This document shows positions 23,141-33,900 of a DNA stretch of 64,000 nt, piece by piece. The first letter of the stretch is position 1; each line of letters opens with the position of its first letter. Source of the DNA: Ascidiella aspersa (Eukaryota); contig OZ004608.1 of NCBI GenBank assembly GCA_963924565.1, positions 37,014,001 through 37,078,000 on the forward strand, in the 5' to 3' direction. Under the pieces are notes generated by a model. That model had not been told where the DNA came from. It worked only from the letters and a program-made list of their open reading frames with translations, and ran no database searches. The translations under genes were made by a program, and so were the position numbers.

Positions 23141-24047
23141 ATCCGAGCAGCGGAAAAAAGACTCGCAAACTACTCCGCCAGTTAAGCTGCTTCTCTCCAG
23201 CATACCAACAACGTGGTAACGATACCACACGACAACCTGGGCAACTCGCTTGCTTGCGGGATAATTAGCTACGAGCAACTTGGCCAGTGGAAGCCTATTC
23301 ACTTTTGTAAAAGTTACAATGGGAAGCAAGTCTCTTACTAAGACGAACGTCGTACCTCCGGTGAACTCCCCGCACACACACACACCAGAGGAACGGTTCT
23401 CCAACAATCCAATTCCCTTACTAATGCCACCGTCACCAGTACCTGAGGTGCACTTTCCACCCACTGACAAGAGCAACGGTCATCTAAGGCCCTTACTAGG
23501 GCGACGCGATTCCTACTACTTTCGGTATGTTGGAAGCCAGCAAGAACTGTTGTTTGTACAGAGGTCCAATTAAATGGTAAAAATTATGCTTTGTAAAGCT
23601 CCAAATTGCGTAAATTGTACTGTCATATTATTTATCATTTGTCACTTAGCCAGGTTGACAGACAAATGTATATTACGTAATGTATGGAACTGAACATGAA
23701 TTGAGCTTAATTTCCAGTTGTTTGTTTTTATTTTTTAAAAGCTTACGGCCCAAAACAATGAATGTTTAAATATATTTTTATCTAATGTTTCTTTTCGGTA
23801 GGAGATGATAGTTTCCCGTTGGTGTCCTGTTACATGATTGAATTTGCGTTTCCATTTCCCGAAACGAGCGTCTTAATTTACTGCAGTAAAAGTGCAAATA
23901 TTGAGCTGACGTCTTTATGTGCAGCTTCCAGATTACAACGACATGTCTAGGAACACTAAACACGAATCTGTTCATAATCTTCACTAAAAAGCGAGTGGAA
24001 TAAATAATAAAATATTCCCAAATAAATGATAAAATATTTATTTTATT

Positions 24048-24086
24048 TGCATACGTTTCGGCAAGTGCTTATGCCATCTTCAGTGC
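24048..24086 (-). ncRNA. Minimal type I hammerhead ribozyme of a different family
   Basis: Minus strand reads gca-CTGAAGA-tggca-taagcact-tgcc-GAAA-c-GTA-tgc: CUGANGA/GAAA core, stem II GGCA/TGCC, GUA triplet. Confidence 0.75.
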
Positions 24087-25384
24087 GTTAAAATGAGGTT
24101 GAGATAAACGCGAATCATTATATAGACGCTAGAACGTTTTAGAACACTAAGTAACGGTGATAAGAACTACATCGGAAAAGTACACCTGTAAGGCGAAACG
24201 AAATAAAAATGCAAATAAAAAGAATTTTTTTTTATCATTTCTTTGGACACCATTTTTCTACTGAAGATAACGACATGCCCTTTTCGGTTCTACCACCTTG
24301 ACAACTTTAATGTGTATCGACATCGTAAAGTTCAACGAAACACCACTTCTACAGCTGGTCGATGTTGGCTTTGTTCGTTTCGCTTACATTAAGCGCGCCT
24401 TCTGAAACTGCTGTTAGTTCTTCCAACGCTTTGCTACCTCGGAGGTTCTTTTCATAATTTTTGCTTAATAGTTGCTTTGCTTCATCACTGATTTGGAAAT
24501 ATGTCCACCTCGTTAATGCCCAGTTGTTATTTCCTTTTTCTAGAATACTTTCATTTATTTCTTAAACTTTTATACAGTTCTTTCCAGCAACTTTTTGTGT
24601 TTGTGTTGAATGCTTTAAAACGTATCCATCTGTTCCTATTAGCCAAGAGGCCACAAAGTGTTTTTTCACAATTGCAATGAGTGCAACAGTCGGTGTTTTC
24701 GGGCAAACATCAAATTCAACGCTCGTGATATTTCAAAGGCCAGACTTCCTGTTAAATAGAATAATATAACCCCAGGAGCCCAGGCGGTTAATCTTCTTTA
24801 GGGTAATAAACTTGTAACTTTGACTGGCAGCATCAGTATATTCATATCATTGCTAGTTTTTCTTAATATACTACTTCTCAGATAGTTGTTTGTATCGTTG
24901 TAGGATTAGATAAACACGACTGTAGCTTTTTATGCTTTTTCGCAGGAGAGAACTTTGTGTTCCGATTAAGAAACAGGGTTACGCTTTCCACGCCTTGTAA
25001 ACATTATGCCGTCAAAACGGCAAAAAATAAAGTGTAAACAGTTGGCCTTTTTCTACGATTTACAATCTGGCTCTTGAAATCTTTTATTTTTTCTATGACA
25101 GAAGCCTTATTTTCTTTTTTTGCCAAACTTAAATTGGTAATCTTAGTTATTTGCAAAGATAATTGAAGATATTTGCAAAACTAAAACTAATTGTTAATTT
25201 CCTGGTGCTTCCTTTCTCGAATTCCTTCACTAAGAAGGGTGTATATGGCCTGGGAGTTCTTATATGCAAGATAAATAGCTAAAGCTTTTATTACAACTCA
25301 CTTAAAATGAATGGCCTTAGGCTCATGTAGGGTCGTTGCGCCGTTGCTGCTATGAGATTGCAAGGACGTCAATGTGAGCTACTC

Positions 25385-26345
25385 AGAATTGTGACGGCCG
25401 CCTTAGTAAGGGGTTTGGAGGACCGCTGCTCCTTTGGGTTTGTGGGGAGTTCACCGGAGGTATTTGGAACGGTCGCCTTAGTAATGGGCTTTTGCAGTGT
25501 GCGGGGAGTGCACCGGAGGTATTTGGAACGGTCGCCTTAGTAAGGGGCTTGGGAGGACCCCCGTTGCTCCTTTGAGTGGGTGGGATGTGTACCTGAGGTA
25601 CTTGTGACGGTCGCCTTAGTAATAAGTTTGGAGGACCGCTGCTCATTTAGTTTAGGGGCTTGGAGGACCGTTGCTCCTTTGAGTGGGTGGGATGTGTACC
25701 TGAGGTATTTGGGACGGTCGCCTTAGTAATAAGTTTGGAGGACCGTTGCTCCTTTGAGTGGGTGGGATGTGTACCTGAGGTATTTGGGACGGTCGCCTTA
25801 GTAATAAGTTTGGAGGACCGTTGCTCCTTTGAGTGGGTGGGATGTGTACCTGAGGTATTTGGGACGGTCGCCTTAGTAATAAGTTTGGAGGACCGCTGCT
25901 CATTTAGTTTAGGGGCTTGGAGGACCGTTGCTCCTTTGAGTGGGTGGGATGTGTACCTGAGGTATTTGGGACGGTCGTCTTAGTAATAAGTTTGGAGGAC
26001 CGTTGCTCCTTTGAGTGGGTGGGATGTGTACCTGAGGTATTTGGGACGGTCGCCTTAGTAATAAGTTTGGAGGACCGTTGCTCCTTTGAGTGGGTGGGAT
26101 GTGTACCTGAGGTATTTGGGACGGTCGCCTTAGTAATAAGTTTGGAGGACCGCTGCTCATTTAGTTTAGGGGCTTGGAGGACCGTTGCTCCTTTGAGTGG
26201 GTGGGATGTGTACCTGAGGTATTTGGGACGGTCGCCTTAGTAATAAGTTTGGAGGACCGTTGCTCCTTTGAGTGGGTGGGATGTGTACCTGAGGTATTTG
26301 GGACGGTCGTCTTAGCAATGGGCTTGGAAGACCCTCGTTGCTCCT
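25385..26345. repeat. Tandem array, 75-bp unit with 257-bp higher-order repeat
   Basis: Unit GGAGGACCGTTGCTCCTTTGAGTGGGTGGGATGTGTACCTGAGG...; three units plus a 32-bp truncated unit recur at 25660, 25917 and 26174. Edges are degenerate. Confidence 0.97.
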
Positions 26346-26637
26346 GTGATATGAAGCGCGTGTAATTGAGCTGCTGAGAATCAGGACGGCACAACGAAGC
26401 ATCCACTTACCGCCTGGTCGATGTAGGCTTCACTTGTTTCGTTTAAATTTAGGAAACCTTGCGAAATCGTTAACAGGCTATAGGCCGATCTTAGATTATT
26501 GAGCCTTTCCATAAACATCAGTATAGGTTTCCGAACTTCCTTCTCTAGATGCGTTTCATGTAGGCTCAATGTCCTTTGCTAAGCTAAGCGGAGATTATCT
26601 CGGCAATTTGCGATTCTTCAGACCGCGGTTTGCTATT

Positions 26638-26817
26638 AGAGGTTCATTTATTTCTAGCCAACCACTCTGTTCTAAATGACTTCTGTCATTTTTGTAAACT
26701 TATCTTCAAGCACTGTCATTTCAGAGGTTCATTTATTTCTAGCCAACCACTCTGTTCTAAATGACTTCTGTCATTTTTGTAAACTTATCTTCAAGCACTG
26801 TCATTTTTGTAAACTTT
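26638..26817. repeat. 85-bp tandem duplication
   Basis: AGAGGTTCATTTATTTCTAGCCAACC... at 26638 and 26723. Confidence 0.9.
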
Positions 26818-29800
26818 TAATTCGAATGAATACATATAGTTAATGATGAGCAATGATGAGCTAAAAGAAATATAAGTAGGAACATATAACACAACTACAG
26901 CACCAACTAAATAACATTAGGACAGCACTAACATAAATGGCAAGCATGCTGGCACAGTGCCACATGTACAAAATCACTCATGCATATAAAGTCACTCGTG
27001 CATATAAAATTAGTCATGCATAAGAATCAGTCAAGCATGACATAAAAGTAAATGACACATAAAATACAATTAAGGGAAATTACAGTTAACAATTTTGACT
27101 GCTCTAACCTTTACTATGCCTTAGGGTTTCATGAAGTCCTTTGCACTTTGATTTGTTGGTTTAAGTACTCCTATTTATTATGTTTTTACATTAAATCAAA
27201 GGCAAAAATATTTTTTTTAAACTACGCTAATTTTTACAAAACTGCTGATGGTGTAACACGTAATTTTTGCTTTGGCTTTGGCAACGCCATTTTCCTTCAT
27301 TCAATGTAACCCGTTGGAACGGGAAAAAAATACATTGGACAAATTAACCTAAAAATGTTTGCTTTATTTTGCATTAAATTTGTGCCTAATTTATCCTTCC
27401 AATATCTGTAGTTTCACGTTGGTGTTTTTACACTAAATTGTTATAGACAACTGTAGATTTTTAACATTTTTTTATAGCTTTGGTGATCTCAGTTATTTGC
27501 AGGGATAATTGAATTTATTTGCAAAAGTAAAACTAATTATATCTTTTGCCTTGTTCATGTTGTACGTATAGTGCGTAGGGTGGCGTTTGTAGTGATGTTA
27601 AATATTATCTTGGTGCGAAATGTTACCTACTTCTATTAGAAGCTTTGTATGTGTTTCCACAACAGAATCTTGCCCTCAAACAGAACACATAATCATTAAA
27701 AGTTTAATACCTTGCCGACTGATTTTTGTTTTGTTCAAACATTTTTGTTTTTCGAAGTTTTGTTGGAAGCGGTGAGCTTCTCGAGCGATTATTATTATTA
27801 TCTACTTATGTTTACTTTACAGATTATTTTTTTAATTTTTAATATTGTTGGTGGTAGCAAGTTTTGCACGAGCACTTTTATCATCAACTATATGTAGCGA
27901 TATAAGATCTCATTTTTTTAAAATACATTTTGCTAGATAAGTAGATTTGAACCTATTTTTTTTAGCTTTGGTCATCCTAATCCCAGTTATTTGCAGAGAT
28001 AATTGAAGATATTTGCAAAATTAAAACTACGTATATTCCTTGTTCTTGTTCTTGTTCTACGTCTTGCGCTGAGCGGCATTGCAAGAATGTTTTCTACTTC
28101 TATATCCACTTATTTCGTTTATTCCACTTGAAAGTAATTTCATGTTTAGTAATTTTGATTGCCCGCCATATAATTTGTAATGAAAGGTTTGTTTTGGACG
28201 TTTCGCGTAACTACAAAATATGTATCATACACGTGTCTGGGGCCTAGTTGTTGAAGGTTATTTAATTTTGCTTGTTGGCAATTTCTTCCATTACAATTTT
28301 TGTAGAAAACCGACTGTAATCTCCACATTGGAATATCCGTTGCTACTCGTCTGCTGCGTATAATCCGCTATGAGAGTCTCGGTCTACTTACAAAATAAAA
28401 AAACAATCATAGTGTAGCTTTCGCAAATCAAGCCTTAGAGGCTTGGGAGGACCACTACTCCTGTTAGGTGACGATTATTGCATTTGGGGTACTGAGAATC
28501 GGTTTGGTCGCCTTACTGAAGCCCCTTACTAGCAAATTTTTCAAGAAAATATGTGCTCCCAAGAATTCTGAATATTGCCACGTTTTTACGCATCAAATTC
28601 ATTCAAATTGTTAAAAAAAATTATCTGACCTACAAATAGGTTGAGTAAACCAACTTCGTCTAAAAAAACCATAGTGCAAACCAACTGTTGTAATAATACG
28701 CTGAACATTGTCTCCAATGATTTTTTTGTCTTTTTAGCCACCTATACAATAGTCTTGCATTCTAAAAGCATGTCCATTGTCCATCTAAAGTGCTAAAATA
28801 GGCGCAGTTTGCCCTCTTTACAAAGATAATTAGACTTTCGTGACCACAACAGTGTAGTGCAATGTTTTCTAAAACAGCTTCCACCAAATACTGGTTAATT
28901 AAATGATATACATATTATAATTTTAAATATTGTTATTGTTTAAATACTATAGTTCTTTTGGAATAAGACTTGATACATTTTGTTAGTGATTCTGGGTATA
29001 TATTTCGAATCGACATCTGTTTCAATGTAAAACAGTTTTTTTGCTACTCCAGTAAAGCTGGGTTGTCGCCTAGTCCGAGCTTAAAAGTTCTACATTCCCC
29101 GCTGGTTTGAATTTCATTCACCCCTGTGAGATACACCAAGCTTGTTAAATGGGGCCCTGTCATAAACGAATGGACCCATAACCTTTCTTTGTTACTTGAA
29201 AATATACGAAATGTTCTTTGCATGAAACAACCAGAAAATGTTGCAACCAGGTACAGATCAAAATGTTTTGGTACAATATCAGTTGTTTACTGTGTAAACT
29301 GAATTTTCTGATTTTTAATTATGTTTTGGCATCTTCTTGCCTTTTGTCTCGTTTCTTTCGTAAATTTTACCTTATTGTCTTTTGAACACTTTGTTTTGAT
29401 TTAGTTGTTTTAGTGTCGTACAGAATATTTTACCATACTGTATATATCTTTACGATGTATGACGTGCTGTTACTTGCAAATCGACGACTCTATCAATTGA
29501 ATTCCTGTACCAATGTTTCGACGTCGAATATAGCCTCCATATCCGCGTAAATTAAATGACACTGAACACACAGTTGGTTGATTTTGGAGATCTACGTAAA
29601 CCAAATACCTGTTCTATCCTTAATGTTTTCACGTTCTTTACTTCTCACTCTGTTACTCGCAATATTGATCAATTAACGCAAGTTCACAGTTGTGGTGGTT
29701 TTAAATAAAGTTCTTTGAAGCGGGTATTTTACATTCAATCTAACGTTTTTAGCAGGCAGTTACATCCTCATAGATTCTAGATAAAAGCGGGTTTTCAGTC

Positions 29801-30954
29801 CGCTACAAATGAAAGTAATATTTATTTGACTATATTCTTATACCATACCATACTTCTACCAAAAAGTGTTTATTTCCAAAATAAGAACTTGTATAAGAGA
29901 CTTCGGCAGACTCCCAAATGTTAAAATTACTAGGCGCCTTACGACATGAGCAACGCAATAGCTACGTTTTTTCTTATGTAATGCTTGTTGTTTAAATGTT
30001 GTTGGAAATTGAAAGACTGTTTGCTAAAACTCTACTTGTTAGCGCATTCATCCTTTTGATTTTTAGTCCAACACTGGACGAAGTGGCGTTTAGCACTAAC
30101 ATAATAATTAACAAGTTTATTTTTTTTCGTCTTTAAACGTCCAACCTCCCTTTACTTTCTATATTCTTTCCAATAAAACGTGGTTCGTGACAGTATTAGG
30201 ATGTAATATTAAGTAGGGCAATTGAAGTACAGAAGTATTAAATGCAAGTGTAGCTAAAAGTTCGTTTTGTGTTTTGCTTTAGACTATAAAAAAATCGCAA
30301 AAAATACCTGATTGGTACAACACACAATGCTTTGAAAAGGCTGCCGAAATGATCCCAGATTATACACATTGTGTATAAATGTTTTAATATGAACAAAGAA
30401 CGAAATGTATAATAAACTACCGGATGAAGCAGGTTAAACAGCTGTTAATGGAACGTATAGGCACTTTCTTTAAATATACCACAATGGGCCTAAAAAGCGT
30501 AAAAGCACTTTGTCAAACGTATAAAAACTATTTCAACGTTTGATAAAACTTGGGAATGAAACAAGATAAAATAACAACCACGGAATTAAACAAGATAAAA
30601 TAACAACTTGAATCGCAGACACTGGCGCATTTAAAATGACTCCATATCAGAAGAACAATCTTTTCGGCCTCGTGGAGACAAACTGGAATCTGACTAATGG
30701 TAAAATTAAAACTGTTAAGTGACATTGATAGATATAAGGGCCAATGAACGTGTAATCCGCAATTGGGATGTAGTGTATTTTGTCAACGTCACGAGACAAA
30801 ATGGTGTAGATAAAAAACTTTTAATTTTTTTTTTAAATCTGAAACAAAAATGTCGGACAACATAAAAATGGAAAGAAAGCAATTTAAAAACATGAAAGAT
30901 GCTGTATTCCTTTTCCCTTGTTTTACCATCACTTGTTAATCTCAACTTTCATGT

Positions 30955-33900
30955 TTATCGACGATAGAAAAGTAAATAATGCTTACTGAAAACTCCAGCG
31001 GTTTTATTCAAACGGATTGTTCTTGTAAGAAAATCTTCACTCTCAGAAACAAGTCTCCACTTCTTATCGTCCAAGTTGTAAGAAGAGATACAAACTGGAG
31101 TATAAAACAACCTAAAAATGAATTCAGCATTAAAGTAGTAAAAGAACTACAGCTTAAATTAAAGTGAATAACTAAACTTATGTAAATTTAAAACGTTATA
31201 AAACGCAATTACCAAAGAGTGAATTCTAATCAGTTTTTTGATAATCTTGCGAGTTGGTGAGGTTTTGTAGGGTTAATTGAAACACTGTAAAAACTTATGC
31301 AATATCCTTTATGTGAAGTATGTACAGTACCATTCACTTTATGATAACAATACAAACTCTATGACAGTGGTTATTAACGTTTTACGGCTTGCGGCACCCC
31401 GAGAAAAATTAAAATATAGAAGCACCCTTCTAGAATTTAAGTTGACAGAAAAAAAACCATCGCGATTTTTAGTTTGACAGAACAGAAACAATACAAATCA
31501 ACTTTAAACAATGTAGGAAAGTATAGTTCAATTTATTGTACTCTGATTCCTTCGAAATGGCACCCAGGGTGAGAACCACTGATGTACGAAATACTTTTGT
31601 AGTTTGATTATTGCTCCATAAGAAGTTTTATAAACTTAATATTAACACACACCTTTTATATGATACGAAGATTTCCCCGTGAGCAGCACAAGCATCACGA
31701 AACTCACCAACATTTATTATCTCACTCTCATCATGTGATTCCCCAGATTCAGGATCGTATTTTGACAACCGAAAGGTGCTACAATCTAAAAATAGAACAT
31801 ATTCTACAATGATCGAAATGCAATGATTGTATACCCTAAGCCTAAGTAGTGTTTTGTCAAATAAATATTTTCGTCAGATGCGAATTTGTTTCAGACTTTA
31901 AAATCGTTTGCCTATACTAGAAGTCGGCAAACTGTGGGCCGCAGAGCCACTTTTAGTGGGCCGCGAGTTACTTATAGCTTAGTGTTAACATGTAGTTGTG
32001 GGCCGCGTGATGGCCGTACAGTCATTGCACTTTATTTTAAAAGTTCGTGTGGCTAAGAATTTTTATATTGTTTCAGCGTGGTTCAGACCCACGTGCCAAA
32101 TGCGGTCCTGAGAGCCTGTCGAACTATATTTTTTTGTCAACTTTAACTATATGTTAGCCGAGTTAGCGCAAAAGTTTTCGCGATTCGCGCGTATATTCTT
32201 CGTTTTACACTGGTATGTTTTACATTATGCCATGGCAGTGTTTTGGGCATCAATGCGCCATGTAATTTGAAACGAATGTCCTGAATCCGGCACTTTTTTC
32301 GTAGTTGTTTTACATAGTGAACCTTTAACAGCACTGAAAATAGTACTTTGGGCTGCAACAAAAAGTTTGCCAACCACTGGCCTATACAAAACATTGCAAA
32401 AACCTTTAGTGGCCTCCGCCTTAATTTACATAATGGTCTTTGAAATTTCAGTTATAATGTATCCTTTTTTATTAAAATCTATATGTAATCAAAATCACAA
32501 AATAAAATTTACTGCCTTAATATTTGTTATACTGGTACTTAAATTTTAATATAAAAACAGAAAAAAAACTTTTTGTGCATTTGTAAATAACTCCCTTATG
32601 CATTTTGAAGTTTTTTTGGTGGCTTGTAATATGCGCCGCTTTGTTATAGAACTATAGTTCTTTCTTTTACTTCGGTAAATATCTGGCTTACCAAAACCAC
32701 GCGTAGTTTGACAAATCGCATACAACTGATCCTCCATTTCTAGCAGCTTAACACAATCGTCGGGTAGTTTGTGCATCAATGTTGAAGTTTTAGTAGCAGG
32801 GTTGTACTTCTCACATGTTAGGTTGCCATAATGCAGAGCGTATAACATGCCTGTAAAAAGTTGGATATAATAAGAAAAAAGTTTAAAAGACTCGTTATTG
32901 TTACAACTACTGTATATTCACAGTTAGAACAAAATCCAGGCATTCGGTGCCTTCCTGTTGTTAAATGTTAAGGTACATTCAAGTGCAAAATGCCTAATAT
33001 AAAGCGAATATTATCAATACGTAAATAGTACGACTCCAGCACACAGAATTGTTCTGCAGACAATAATACTTAGTTTCCATTCTGTCGTATTGTCAGCACT
33101 TAATGTATCTCAGACGATTTCAATTCCGTACGAATATATATTAACTGATTATTACGATACGCAAGTTTTCGTATAATTTTATGTAAAATGAATTTTATTT
33201 GGCTTTGTGCACATTGATTTTATAAGAAACAAATTCAGTTACGATCTTTTTTTAGTGCACATTTTATAAGCAGCAAAAATGCAATTACAACCCATAGCAG
33301 TGTTGCAATGAACTATATGTCAATGTCTTGGCTTAAGTGCACTTAAGTCTTCATTGGACTTAAGTCACTTTTTTAATGACTAGACTTGACTTAGGTCTTA
33401 AGGACAAATAACTTAGATTTTAAGTGTTTTTCAATCTAAATTTTTGTATACATAATTTTTTTGCGTTTAACTGCATCTCGGCTGCGTATTTGCTCACGAT
33501 TGCGTTATACGTAACCTTGTAACGTTATCCCTGAAATTTCTCCCCAAACAAGAACTCTAGACCCGGGCCTGTGCCTGTTTAATGTTGAACCACCAGAAAA
33601 GTCTTATTACAATGCAAAGCTTAAGTTTTTCTTGTAGGTTTGGCTAGAAAAAAGACCTTGAAGTCGGTAGTCATTTCGTTTAAAAACATGTATAGTACCT
33701 TTGCAAGCAACGAGATCAAGTGCAACTTTTTTGCAACTTGTCATTTCTACCCATTTGCGTTCCTTGTCACCAAGTTTAAGTTGCTCGGGTATACCCCAAA
33801 CTGGATTAGTTCCACCATCCCGGGAATATCCACCAAACACAAACATCACGTCTGAATGACAACATCATCAAGCGTATGCAAGTACAAGTTATTGGTAATT

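Noticed and set aside
25645-25660. Telomeric repeat (TTAGTTTAGGGG) capping as in Terminons
   Set aside because: Single imperfect hexamer per 257-bp unit; no true (TTAGGG)n tract.
29512-29570. Fourth hammerhead (TGTTTCGACGTC...ACACTGAA resembles the 17.3-kb pLTR)
   Set aside because: The CUGANGA half of the core is lost; at most a dead pLTR relic.
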